Source: a virus (Duplodnaviria > Caudoviricetes). From it: DNA of 42,122 nucleotides. Shown here piece by piece: positions 26,452 to 35,466 of the stretch; position 1 is the first letter of the stretch; each line of letters begins with the position of its first letter. A program made the translations under genes and the position numbers. The DNA lies in the IMG/VR virus record IMGVR_UViG_3300020042_005733, positions 1-42,122 of that record. One strand, given 5' to 3'. The notes under the pieces are model-generated. The model saw nothing but the letters and a program-made list of their open reading frames with translations, searched no databases and was not told where the DNA came from.

Positions 26452-27947
26452 GTACTCTTAAGGTTTTTGGCCCACCGGGCTCTGGCAAGACCACTTATCT
26501 TTTAAGCATTGTTGAGATCGAGCTGGAGAACAATGTGCATCCCATGAAGATCGGCTACTTCGCCTTCACCAAAAAGGCTGCCACCGAAGCGCGGGACAGG
26601 GCAATCCAAAAGTTTCCCAACCTAAACCCCGATACGGACTTCCCGTTCTTTCGCACGCTGCACAGTCTGGCCTACCGTTGCCTGGGCATCACCACCAAGG
26701 ACATGATGTCGCCGGAGCACTACCGCGAGTTTGCGTTAGAGGCGGGCATTGAGCTGGCCATTGAAAATGGCGACGAAGAGTTTGCGGTCAAGGCCGACAA
26801 TCCGATCCTAAATGAAATCAACATCGCACGCATTCGCGGCATGGACCTGCGCACGCACTACAACAACTCTAAGATGGACATCGAGTGGTTTCATTTTGAG
26901 TACGTCGAGCGGGCCTACAGACACTATAAGACCTCCCGCAGCTTGTTGGATTTCACCGACCTCTTAGAGCATGTGCTGCTGGAGCCCGAGCGCTTGCCTA
27001 AGCTGGACGCCCTAATCATTGACGAAGCGCAAGACTTGTCACGTTTGCAATGGAGGCTGGTCGAGCAACTTTCGTTGCGAGCCCAGCGCGCCTTTTTGGC
27101 AGGGGACGACGACCAAGCCGTCTACACCTGGGCCGGAGCCGACGTCGCGAGTTTCTTGGGGTTTACAGGTGATGTCAAAGTCCTTGATCAATCCTACCGA
27201 GTTCCCTCGAAAATCCACGCGTTAGCCAACCGTGTGGTGACACGCATCAAGCAGCGCCAACCAAAGGTTTGGAAGGCCCGTCAAGAGGAAGGTAGTATCA
27301 ATTACTACAACGACTTTAGCCAGGTGGACATTAGCCACGGCAACTGGCTCATCTTGGCCAGCGCCAATTACATGCTGACTGACATGCACGACTGGATCAA
27401 GAGCCAAGGACTATTGTTCGAGCGCCACGGACAACGCAGCGTCAGCGAGAGTATTCTGATCGCGGTGCTGGGCTGGGAGAAGCTGCGCAAGGGCGGCGAG
27501 GTGCCGTTCCACGTGCTCAAGATGATCTACAAGTACTTGGACGGTGACTACATCAAACATGGTCATAAGATGCTGCGCACGGCCGACCAGGCAATCATGT
27601 ACACCCTTGATCTACTAAAAGAAAAGCACGGGCTTCTTTCTACAGAAATCTGGCACAAGGCGCTGACAAAGATTAGCGAAGACCGCCGGGACTATTTGGT
27701 CTCGCTCCTGCGCCGCAACACAAAGCTCACGGGCCACGTGCCCATCAAGCTGTCCACGATCCACGGAGCCAAGGGCGGCGAGGCAGACAACGTGTTGCTG
27801 CTGTCGGACCTGTCCACGCGCTTTGCCAAGGACTACGAAAAGAATTCGGACGACATCAATCGTCTGCTGTACGTGGGCATCACCCGCGCTAAACAAACAC
27901 TGCACATCGTGCTACCAAAAAATGAGCAGAAAGGTTTCAGACTATGA
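26448..27947 (+). CDS. UvrD/Rep-like SF1 DNA helicase
   Basis: GPPGSGKTT, TLHS, DEAQD, GDDDQA, QSYR, STIHGAKGGE, YVGITRA. Confidence 0.92.
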   Translation: MSTLKVFGPPGSGKTTYLLSIVEIELENNVHPMKIGYFAFTKKAATEARDRAIQKFPNLNPDTDFPFFRTLHSLAYRCLGITTKDMMSPEHYREFALEAGIELAIENGDEEFAVKADNPILNEINIARIRGMDLRTHYNNSKMDIEWFHFEYVERAYRHYKTSRSLLDFTDLLEHVLLEPERLPKLDALIIDEAQDLSRLQWRLVEQLSLRAQRAFLAGDDDQAVYTWAGADVASFLGFTGDVKVLDQSYRVPSKIHALANRVVTRIKQRQPKVWKARQEEGSINYYNDFSQVDISHGNWLILASANYMLTDMHDWIKSQGLLFERHGQRSVSESILIAVLGWEKLRKGGEVPFHVLKMIYKYLDGDYIKHGHKMLRTADQAIMYTLDLLKEKHGLLSTEIWHKALTKISEDRRDYLVSLLRRNTKLTGHVPIKLSTIHGAKGGEADNVLLLSDLSTRFAKDYEKNSDDINRLLYVGITRAKQTLHIVLPKNEQKGFRL

Positions 27948-29821
27948 AGCGCGATATTAAGACTATGTCCATGTTCCCTCGGATTTCCGAGTGGTTACCG
28001 CCAGCATCTTTTCCCAACCTGAGTGAAGCTAAGGAGATTACAATTGACCTCGAAACCTGTGACCCCAACATGGAAAGCCTTGGCCCGGGCTGGCCTCGCA
28101 ATGATGGCTTCATTGTTGGGTATGCTATTGCTATTGACGGTTGGGCTGGCTATTTCCCTGTCGCTCACGCTGGCGGAGGCAATTTGGACAAGCGTATCGT
28201 GGAGCGTTGGATTAGCGATGTCATGGCTACGCCCGCAGACAAAATTATGCACAACGCCGCCTACGACCTTGGCTGGCTCAGAGCCACGGGATTTAAAGTA
28301 AACGGCACGATTTACGACACCATGCTGGCCGCGCCAGTGCTGGATGAGAACCGCTATGCCTACAGCTTGAACGCCTTGGGCTTTGACTACCTCAAAGAAA
28401 TTAAATCTGAGCAGGGCTTGAAGGAGTCCGCGTCTGACTTTGGTGTGCATCCTAAGAAGGAATTGTGGAAGCTGCCTGCCATGCATGTCGGGGACTACGC
28501 CGAGCAGGACGCGGCGCTAACCTTGAAGCTGTGGCATCACTTTAAACCGCTTCTCATTAAAGACGAGGTTGGATCAATATTCGAGTTGGAGACCGCAGTG
28601 CTTCCCGTGCTGGTGGACATCACGCTCAAGGGGATTAACTTCAACCGCGCCAAGTGTGAACGCCATATGGTGGACATGCGCAAGAAGGAGCTTGAAATCC
28701 TGCGGTACTTGAAGAGCCAGGCAGGTATGCAGGTGGACATTTGGGCTGCGCAATCCATTGCCGCCGCGTTCGATCGCCTGGGTATCCAGTATCCCAAGAC
28801 AGCAGCTGGCGCGCCGAGCTTTACCAAGAGCTTCTTGGACACGCATGAGCACCCTATGTCTAAGATGATTCTGGAGGCCCGTGAGCTGAACAAGACCCAC
28901 GGCACGTTCTTGGAGCCTTACCTTAAGCACAGTGCAAAGGACGGCCGCGTCCACACCCACTTCAACCAAATGCGTAACGAAGACGGCGGTACGGTAACGG
29001 GCCGGCTGTCAGCCAGCAACCCCAACCTCCAGCAAGTGCCCGCGCGCCACGAAATCATCGGCCCCATGGTGCGGGGCTTGTTCCTGCCCGAAGATGGCCA
29101 AATTTGGGCAGCAAACGACTTCTCCTCGCAAGAACCGCGTTTATTGGTGCACTATGCCACGCTTTTGGGCCTGCCCGGCGCTGAGAAAATGGCACAGGCC
29201 TACCGCGACAACCCCGACACGGACTTCCATCAAATGGTCGCTGACATGGCCGGGATTAAACGCAAGGCTGCCAAGACTATTGGCCTGGGCCTGATGTACG
29301 GCATGGGCAAAGCCAAGCTGGCCACACAGCTGGACTTGCCTATGGACGAGGCCAGTGAGCTGATCGCCACGTTCCACAGCAAGGTCCCGTTTCTCAAAGG
29401 CACCGTCGACGCTGTCATGAAGCGCATTGAGCACCCTGTTTCCGGTGGGTCCATCCGTACCCTCCTGGGCCGCAAGTGCCGCTTCCCGCTTTGGGAGCCT
29501 GTGGAGTGGGGCGTGAATAAGGCGCTGCCGCGTGAGCAGGCTGTCATTGAATACGGCGTGCGCATCAAGCGTGCAGGCACCTACAAGGGCCTGAACCGTT
29601 TGATCCAGGGATCAGCCGCAGACCAGACCAAAGCAGGCATGGTGGCGCTGTACAAGGCTGGGTTTAACCTTTTGTTGCAAGTACACGACGAAGTGGCCTT
29701 GTCTGTCAGAAACATTGACGAGGCCCGCGAAGCCGCTGACCTCATGGCCAAAGTAGTAACCCTAGAAGTTCCCTCCCGCGTGGACGTGGAGACTGGACCA
29801 AGCTGGGGAGAGGCATCATAA
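27944..29821 (+). CDS. polA: DNA polymerase family A with 3'-5' exonuclease
   Basis: DLET, HNAAYD, YAEQD; TGRLS..NPNLQQ, DFSSQEPR, KTIGLGLMYG, IQGSAAD, VHDE. Confidence 0.95.
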   Translation: MKRDIKTMSMFPRISEWLPPASFPNLSEAKEITIDLETCDPNMESLGPGWPRNDGFIVGYAIAIDGWAGYFPVAHAGGGNLDKRIVERWISDVMATPADKIMHNAAYDLGWLRATGFKVNGTIYDTMLAAPVLDENRYAYSLNALGFDYLKEIKSEQGLKESASDFGVHPKKELWKLPAMHVGDYAEQDAALTLKLWHHFKPLLIKDEVGSIFELETAVLPVLVDITLKGINFNRAKCERHMVDMRKKELEILRYLKSQAGMQVDIWAAQSIAAAFDRLGIQYPKTAAGAPSFTKSFLDTHEHPMSKMILEARELNKTHGTFLEPYLKHSAKDGRVHTHFNQMRNEDGGTVTGRLSASNPNLQQVPARHEIIGPMVRGLFLPEDGQIWAANDFSSQEPRLLVHYATLLGLPGAEKMAQAYRDNPDTDFHQMVADMAGIKRKAAKTIGLGLMYGMGKAKLATQLDLPMDEASELIATFHSKVPFLKGTVDAVMKRIEHPVSGGSIRTLLGRKCRFPLWEPVEWGVNKALPREQAVIEYGVRIKRAGTYKGLNRLIQGSAADQTKAGMVALYKAGFNLLLQVHDEVALSVRNIDEAREAADLMAKVVTLEVPSRVDVETGPSWGEAS

Positions 29822-29861
29822 TTGAGCTGGGCCAACTGCAGTTGCCCTGGTTGAGAAGTTC

Positions 29862-29892
29862 GGGCTGGGGGCTTGCTCCCGGCCCATTTTTT
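29862..29892 (+). terminator. Intrinsic terminator after polA
   Basis: GGGCTGGGGG-CTTG-CTCCCGGCCC followed by ATTTTTT. Confidence 0.8.
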
Positions 29893-29940
29893 CCGATACA
29901 CTAATAAATCAACCGATAGTCCAATAGAAAGGAGAATTAC

Positions 29941-30327
29941 ATGGGAAGAAGACCAGCACCGCGAACGCAAGTTGTACCTGCTCACCCAGAGCCTTACATT
30001 CGCCAGCCCCATAAGAAACGGGGTAGACCAAGGAAGAACGGGCGTCCAAAGAAGGACACCTATGACTCTGTACGTGCGTCCCCGTCCAAGCGCGCAGGAG
30101 CAAGGTGGATCACCGTGTCGGTACCTGAAGAGGCGTACTACATGCTCAAGGAAGTGTCTGCGTTTTACAAAATGGGAATGGGCGCGTACATGCAAAGCCT
30201 ATTGACTCCTGCGTTTGACAAAGCCTACCAAGAATCCCTGACGCTGCAGCGTATTGCTAAAACAAGAGAGAAAGCCAAAGATGAAATATCAGACCGAGAT
30301 GACGTTCCCCGTCGAACTCACTTTTGA
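29941..30327 (+). CDS. Putative DNA-binding protein (AT-hook-like plus RHH-like segment)
   Basis: KKRGRPRKNGRPKK, then ITVSVPEEAYYMLKEVS; RBS AAAGGAG. Confidence 0.6.
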   Translation: MGRRPAPRTQVVPAHPEPYIRQPHKKRGRPRKNGRPKKDTYDSVRASPSKRAGARWITVSVPEEAYYMLKEVSAFYKMGMGAYMQSLLTPAFDKAYQESLTLQRIAKTREKAKDEISDRDDVPRRTHF

Positions 30328-30520
30328 GGTGCTACCGGCCATGCTGGTGGAGGGCACAGAACTGCCCGCGCAACTGGACATTACCAAGGTCCTGTTGACT
30401 ATCACAGGTCCCAGCGGCAAGCCCCGCCAGGTCGACATCACCAAGACCCTTACCGAGGATCAGGTGATGCTTTTTGAAGACGACATCGCGGAGAACTATC
30501 GTGCAAATCCTGCGTTTTGA
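30281..30520 (+). CDS. Hypothetical protein
   Basis: ATG 30281 after a purine-rich leader. Confidence 0.6.
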   Translation: MKYQTEMTFPVELTFEVLPAMLVEGTELPAQLDITKVLLTITGPSGKPRQVDITKTLTEDQVMLFEDDIAENYRANPAF

Positions 30521-30995
30521 ACGGACCGACGAAGCCGTTGCCTGGGCCAAGAAGATCATTGGCATTAACGGTATGTCGGGGGATGTCACCGCAATAAGCC
30601 TGCTGGACGACAACGATGAGTTCTTGGCGGTTACTGTGTTCTCTGCTTACACAAAGACCAACATTGACATGCATATCGCAGCACGGCCCAAGAGCCACTG
30701 GCTGTCGCGCAGTTTCTTCAACGCGTCGTTTGAGTTGCCGTTTCGTGTGCTCGAAGTACCACGGGTCACGGGCCTTATCCGCGCCGAGAACCTTGACGCC
30801 CAGCGCTTTGTATCGCGCCTGGGATTTCAGTACGAAGGGCGCATGCGCAAGGCTTTCCCTGATGGTGGAGACTTGGTGCTGTATGGGCTGCTTCGAGAAG
30901 AATACTTAAAACATCCATGGAGTGAACATGAAGTTATCAGAGGAACTGTGGTTACTCACACAGAGAACCCCGAAGGACCAGCAGCCACTGCTTAA
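30501..30995 (+). CDS. GNAT-family (RimJ/RimL-like) acetyltransferase
   Basis: IDMHIAA, RVTGLI..EN..AQRF..RLGF.YEG.MRK...LYGLLREE; GTG start after GGAGA. Confidence 0.8.
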   Translation: MQILRFERTDEAVAWAKKIIGINGMSGDVTAISLLDDNDEFLAVTVFSAYTKTNIDMHIAARPKSHWLSRSFFNASFELPFRVLEVPRVTGLIRAENLDAQRFVSRLGFQYEGRMRKAFPDGGDLVLYGLLREEYLKHPWSEHEVIRGTVVTHTENPEGPAATA

Positions 30996-31140
30996 AGCAC
31001 TAGGCAAGCTACTTGAAGACCAACGACTGTGGCGTGAAGCATGGTTGAATGCAGAAAGTAAAGTTGAGTTGTTGACAAGTGAACTAGATATGCTAAGATC
31101 ACAGCTCAAACATAGAAAGGAGAAAGAGAGCAATGACTAA
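30928..31140 (+). CDS. Hypothetical coiled-coil protein
   Basis: ORF in operon; GGAG upstream. Confidence 0.55.
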   Translation: MKLSEELWLLTQRTPKDQQPLLKALGKLLEDQRLWREAWLNAESKVELLTSELDMLRSQLKHRKEKESND

Positions 31141-31378
31141 AAAACTTCTTACCCGAGAGCAGAAGGTATTCAAGGAACTTGCTGCAACAGGCAAGTACAT
31201 CAATACCGGCAAGGTACTGATTGGCCTGACGTACCAGCGTAAGCCTCCGTTGATGACGGATGGTGAAGAGCTGATCCAAAGCCTTTTGCTTGGTAGCTAC
31301 CGTTGCTTGATCAGCGGACAGACCATGGTGTATCTCATCCTTGCACTGGTGATAGGTGCTAGTCTTTTTGTGGCTTGA
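31133..31378 (+). CDS. Hypothetical protein with C-terminal TM
   Basis: TAGAAAGGAGAAAG leader; hydrophobic C-terminus. Confidence 0.65.
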   Translation: MTKKLLTREQKVFKELAATGKYINTGKVLIGLTYQRKPPLMTDGEELIQSLLLGSYRCLISGQTMVYLILALVIGASLFVA

Positions 31379-31383
31379 CGCAT

Positions 31384-31869
31384 ATGAAAAAACGTAGCAA
31401 ATACCGCCCCCGCGTGATTTTCCAAAATCCACTGGAGTTTGTGCTGTCAGGCTTTAAACCTGTGCGCGATCTGCCAGGCATTTACATTGATGTACAGATC
31501 AAGAACCGCGCAGCCTTGGAACAAATCCGCAAGGGCGACGCAACTAAAGAAGACATTGATATGCTGATTGGCGCTTTCAACATTACTGAAGCGCTGGCCA
31601 TCATGGGCAAAGGCAGCGACTGGCTCGACGAAATTCAACAAGGGCAAGACGCCCTGTTGCAATTGTCTCGACGCGGCGTGGCCAACGGAATGCGGTTCAT
31701 CATGACAGCCAAGCAGTGGGAAGCCCTGAAGCTGGTGATGGACCTGCATGAGGAGCAGCTGGCGCATGCCACTGTGTACAACATCGAGAAGGCGCACGAC
31801 TTTGTCCAAAAGGTAATGGCCCAAGGCAAGGCACGTGCAATCGTTCAAATCCAAAAGGAAATAGCATGA
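31384..31869 (+). CDS. Hypothetical phage protein
   Basis: KRSKYRPR N-terminus; helical body. Confidence 0.7.
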   Translation: MKKRSKYRPRVIFQNPLEFVLSGFKPVRDLPGIYIDVQIKNRAALEQIRKGDATKEDIDMLIGAFNITEALAIMGKGSDWLDEIQQGQDALLQLSRRGVANGMRFIMTAKQWEALKLVMDLHEEQLAHATVYNIEKAHDFVQKVMAQGKARAIVQIQKEIA

Positions 31870-32315
31870 ATAAGTCTGACAAAATCCGCGAACACTTTCG
31901 CAAGTACCCCAACGCCGAGGTGGCCAAGGTGGCTGCAAAGTTCCAGGCCCCCGTCCCAATGACCTACAAGCTGCGCAAGCAGATCAAAGACGCAGGGTGG
32001 TTGCCTGAGCTGGTGCCCGTGCCTGATCTTCCTATTCAAGAAGATGACGTTGGCCAGACCCTCAACGAGCGGGCCAGGGATTACGGCAAGTTCAAGGACA
32101 GCGCTGCATTGATGCAGGGCATCAAACGACTGCTCGCGGACCACGCAGCCAAGCACGACAAGACGTTTGCCGATGACCAGTGGGAGGCCTTGGAGATGAT
32201 CGTCCACAAGATTGGACGCATTGTCAACGGCAACCCCGACAAGGTGGATAGCTGGGTCGACATCGCGGGTTACGCCACGCTGGTCGCGGACCGCTTGCAG
32301 GGGAACGCGAGGTGA
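31866..32315 (+). CDS. DUF6378-like protein
   Basis: TLNER..DYG.F, EALEMI.HKIGRI.NG.PD..DSWVDIAGYA.LV. Confidence 0.75.
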   Translation: MNKSDKIREHFRKYPNAEVAKVAAKFQAPVPMTYKLRKQIKDAGWLPELVPVPDLPIQEDDVGQTLNERARDYGKFKDSAALMQGIKRLLADHAAKHDKTFADDQWEALEMIVHKIGRIVNGNPDKVDSWVDIAGYATLVADRLQGNAR

Positions 32316-32410
32316 GTGCTGAAGAGTACTTCAAGACTATCCGGTTGAGGGTATTCGCCCTCTTCTTGATAGCCGTGTGGCTTTTTTACGAAACCTGGGG
32401 AAACTACTAG
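32312..32410 (+). CDS. Putative 32-aa membrane peptide (not in ORF track)
   Basis: GTGA overlap; VSAEEYFKTIRLRVFALFLIAVWLFYETWGNY. Confidence 0.45.
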   Translation: MSAEEYFKTIRLRVFALFLIAVWLFYETWGNY

Positions 32411-32469
32411 GTACATTTTGTACGATACCTGTATAATTTAATTTTTAACCGTAGAAAGAAAGAAAGAAG

Positions 32470-32664
32470 ATGAACTTTAATTTAAACATTCACCGCGTCA
32501 AAAGCATTCGCTTAGGCGCAATCCGTCCTAGCCAAGCAAACGAAACCCGTTCTGCTTCCAGAGACCTGGTCATTGAAACTGATGAGGGCAATTTTGAATT
32601 GTCCCTGTTCTCGGTGTACGTTGATCAAGACAGCGACGAGGAGCTGTTAGAGGTCAAGGTATGA
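32470..32664 (+). CDS. Hypothetical protein
   Basis: TATAAT at 32432 and TAGAAAG leader upstream. Confidence 0.65.
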   Translation: MNFNLNIHRVKSIRLGAIRPSQANETRSASRDLVIETDEGNFELSLFSVYVDQDSDEELLEVKV

Positions 32665-32981
32665 GCATGAACACGCCGTTTCATCTGAGGCAGCGGGAGT
32701 TCAATGCATTCAACGCCGGGAACCCCAAGGTGTGGGAATACTTTGAACGCTTCACGCTGGAGGCCATCAACGCTGGTCACAGAAAGATTAGCCACTGGCT
32801 TATCATCAACCGCATCCGCTGGGAGGTGGCCATGGTCACCACCGGCGCGGACTTTAAAATCTGCAACAACCACATTGCGTTTTACGCGCGCCTGTTCGTT
32901 AAGGTGCATCCGCAGTACCGGTTTATCTTCAACCTCAAGCGCATGGAAGACGAGCCATGGCACGGGGATATGCCGCTATGA
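32661..32981 (+). CDS. Conserved hypothetical phage protein
   Basis: NPKVWEYFE, IINRIRWE, FKI.NN..AFYARLF. Confidence 0.75.
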   Translation: MSMNTPFHLRQREFNAFNAGNPKVWEYFERFTLEAINAGHRKISHWLIINRIRWEVAMVTTGADFKICNNHIAFYARLFVKVHPQYRFIFNLKRMEDEPWHGDMPL

Positions 32982-33220
32982 CAGAGTTTGAAACCACCGT
33001 TTGCGGCATTCCCTGCATCATCCGCGTGCTGTCATGGGATGAGTACCGCCCGGCCTACCTTGGCGGCGCACCTGAGAACTGCTACCCGGCAGAGGGAGGG
33101 GACGGGGACTGGGAACTCCTCGATCGCAAGGGCCAACCCGCGCCATGGCTTGAGCGCAAGATGACGGGGCAAGACCTGGCCCGCCTTGAGCATGAAATCT
33201 TTGAATATATGGAGAACTGA
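32978..33220 (+). CDS. Conserved hypothetical phage protein
   Basis: ATGA overlap; GIPCII, LDRKG.PAPWLERK. Confidence 0.7.
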   Translation: MTEFETTVCGIPCIIRVLSWDEYRPAYLGGAPENCYPAEGGDGDWELLDRKGQPAPWLERKMTGQDLARLEHEIFEYMEN

Positions 33221-33221
33221 G

Positions 33222-33401
33222 ATGACAACAATTAAATATAAGCGCCGCACCTTTAAAGAGGTGGCAGCAGAGGCTTATGCCAAGGGCTGGAGCGAGGGCC
33301 GCGAGCAAGGGCGCAAGGACGCCCAAAGCGCGCTGGCTGAAGTGTCACTGCGCCAGCTGGTTTGGTCACGGATCACGGGCCTGTCCAGGGGAATGAAATG
33401 A
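33222..33401 (+). CDS. Hypothetical protein
   Basis: ATG after GGAGA. Confidence 0.6.
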   Translation: MTTIKYKRRTFKEVAAEAYAKGWSEGREQGRKDAQSALAEVSLRQLVWSRITGLSRGMK

Positions 33402-33718
33402 CCTTTACAGAATGGTGGGAACAATTGACCAAAGCAGAACATAAATCCCTCGGCGAAAAAAACGCCAGGTTTGTCTGGGAAGAATGCCAAAAGTACACCC
33501 TTATGACCATCGAGGACGCGTGCAAGGCACAGGTGGCCTACGACCAAGGCATGAAGGACGGGCGCGAACGCTTTGAGGTGCACGTGGCCGGCTGGGTATT
33601 GTCTCCAGGGGCGCGGCCCGGCATGATTTGGATTAGCGACGCAGGCGGCGAGGGCGGGGACTTTCATATCCACGAGCTGGCCGAAGTGATTGGTAAATTT
33701 TATGGGGAGAAGTTTTGA
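33398..33718 (+). CDS. Hypothetical protein
   Basis: ATGA overlap; MTFTEWW N-terminus. Confidence 0.65.
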   Translation: MTFTEWWEQLTKAEHKSLGEKNARFVWEECQKYTLMTIEDACKAQVAYDQGMKDGRERFEVHVAGWVLSPGARPGMIWISDAGGEGGDFHIHELAEVIGKFYGEKF

Positions 33719-33882
33719 TGGAAATGCAAAAATATACCGTGGCTGTGCAGGGAATCAAGAACCACCGCTACGACGTGGAGGTGTTTGCCTACAGCGAGGA
33801 TGATGCTATCGACCGCGTCTTGGACACTACCAGTGACGACCTGACCCTATTGCAATGCGGTGAAATGGAGGCACGTTTATGA
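33718..33882 (+). CDS. Hypothetical protein, 54 aa (not in ORF track)
   Basis: TGATG overlap, RBS GGAGA; MEMQKYTVAVQG...EVFAYSEDDAI. Confidence 0.6.
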   Translation: MEMQKYTVAVQGIKNHRYDVEVFAYSEDDAIDRVLDTTSDDLTLLQCGEMEARL

Positions 33883-34028
33883 GCAAGATAAAAATCCAAC
33901 TGGTCGAGGATGAACAGGAAACGCCTAGCGTATCTGAGTGGATGTGGAAAGGCTTGAAGACGCTCTTGAAGTACGTGAGCCTCTTTGCCATTGCCTGCTT
34001 CGCCGTCGGTTACTTTTGCACTTATTAA
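33879..34028 (+). CDS. Hypothetical membrane protein, 49 aa (not in ORF track)
   Basis: ATGA overlap, RBS GGAGG; C-terminal YVSLFAIACFAVGYF. Confidence 0.6.
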   Translation: MSKIKIQLVEDEQETPSVSEWMWKGLKTLLKYVSLFAIACFAVGYFCTY

Positions 34029-34040
34029 AGGAATTTTCAA

Positions 34041-34274
34041 ATGAAAGAATACTTAATAAACAGAAGCGACACACCAGCATTTCCGACAAAAAACTATCAC
34101 GGCGTTCAGCCTATTGCTACGGGATACAGCGAAGGCATGACCCTGCGTGATTACTTTGCAGCCAAGGCTATGCAGGGGATATTGACAGACGCAGAAATTG
34201 CAATGGGTATTTCTGAAATAGCAGAACTAGCGTACAAATACGCAGACGCAATGATGAAAGCGAGGGAAGCATGA
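34041..34274 (+). CDS. Conserved phage protein (GMTLRDYFAAKAM family)
   Basis: PAFP...GMTLRDYFAAKAMQG...AYKYADAMMKAR. Confidence 0.8.
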   Translation: MKEYLINRSDTPAFPTKNYHGVQPIATGYSEGMTLRDYFAAKAMQGILTDAEIAMGISEIAELAYKYADAMMKAREA

Positions 34275-34528
34275 ACCAAGAAGAAATCATTGAACTAGCT
34301 AAACAAGCTGGAATGCTGCAAATAAATGGCAAATACGACATTTGGATTCCTGAATATTTGTACGAGTTTGCCGCCCTTGTCGCAGCAGCCGAGCGTGAGG
34401 CGTGTGCGAAGGTGTGTGAAACGCTTGGAGTACACCCTGCATTAAATGTGTACGCAGGTGGCCCTGATTGGTACAAACATGGAAAAGAATGCGCCGCCGA
34501 AATCAGAGCAAGAGGAGAAACAGAATGA
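34271..34528 (+). CDS. Conserved phage protein (AEREACAK family)
   Basis: FAALVAAAEREACAKVCE...CAAEIRARG. Confidence 0.8.
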   Translation: MNQEEIIELAKQAGMLQINGKYDIWIPEYLYEFAALVAAAEREACAKVCETLGVHPALNVYAGGPDWYKHGKECAAEIRARGETE

Positions 34529-34914
34529 AACGATTTACGCGTGATGACACTGAGCATGGTCAAGAGTATTACTTGGCATCCGATGTTGATAAAGCCTTGG
34601 CACAGCCAGCACAAGAGCCTTGGTGCATGAAGATGAATCGCTGCACGACAAAGTGTGAAGACTGCCCCGATGAGCCAGCACAAGAGCCTGTGGGTGTCTT
34701 TTGCGAGGATGATGATATTGGTTATGTTCGCCTAATTCCTCACCAGCAAATGAAGTTGAAGGCATGGGACAAGCTCTACACCGCCCCGCAACAACGCCCT
34801 TGGGTGGGGTTGACGGAGGCGCAATTCTTGGAAGCCACACGGCTTGCCGAGAATGGTAATTATTTAGTTGCATTTGTTCGCATTCAAGAATGGCTAAAGG
34901 AACAGAACACATGA
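34525..34914 (+). CDS. Conserved phage protein (AQEPV / WVGLT family)
   Basis: ATGA overlap, RBS GAGGAG; PAQEP duplicated; LYTAP...WVGLT. Confidence 0.75.
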   Translation: MKRFTRDDTEHGQEYYLASDVDKALAQPAQEPWCMKMNRCTTKCEDCPDEPAQEPVGVFCEDDDIGYVRLIPHQQMKLKAWDKLYTAPQQRPWVGLTEAQFLEATRLAENGNYLVAFVRIQEWLKEQNT

Positions 34915-34981
34915 CCCCCGACGAGCTGGTGACCCGATTTAGAAACCTGTTAAAAGCTATCAAACAACTTAGAGGAATATT

Positions 34982-35230
34982 ATGAGACCCGCCACTTTCT
35001 CCACACAAGAGCCTCCCGTTTTTATCGACTGCGTAGAAACTAAGGAGTACATCAGCGGTTTGCGCAGAAGAATTGAGGTGCAAAACGACCTTATGGAGGC
35101 TTTGGCCACGGAAGTCCATGGGCTTAAGAAGGAAAACGCCCGTTTGGGGGATGAAGTCGAGAAACTCTCCCTGGACTTGGGCATTAAGAACGAGGAAGTC
35201 GGGGCTGGGTGGACAGAGGTGCCTAAGTGA
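34982..35230 (+). CDS. Hypothetical coiled-coil protein
   Basis: RBS GAGGA. Confidence 0.65.
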   Translation: MRPATFSTQEPPVFIDCVETKEYISGLRRRIEVQNDLMEALATEVHGLKKENARLGDEVEKLSLDLGIKNEEVGAGWTEVPK

Positions 35231-35466
35231 CGCCGTCTCTGCAGGACATCATCCAGGCCCTTGATCCACGGACCATGGTCCAAGTGGTCATCATCACCGC
35301 TGGCGGGCAGAAGTACGCCCTCATCGGGCCCGTGATTCAAGACCCACGGATCACGAAGTTCAACGAGGTGACGGAGATTGAGTTTGGCGAGCTGCTGCCC
35401 ATGGAGGTGGCGGCCAAGATGCTTTCGGGGGAGCACCGGGAGTGGTGGGGGACTGGGCTGCAATAA
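35227..35466 (+). CDS. Hypothetical protein
   Basis: GTGA overlap, RBS GAGG; ends at the terminator. Confidence 0.6.
   Translation: MTPSLQDIIQALDPRTMVQVVIITAGGQKYALIGPVIQDPRITKFNEVTEIEFGELLPMEVAAKMLSGEHREWWGTGLQ

Noticed and set aside
27944-29821. Intein or DnaJ zinc-finger insertion in PolA (HMO-2011-type)
   Set aside because: Compact 625 aa; no CxxCxGxG repeats or intein termini.
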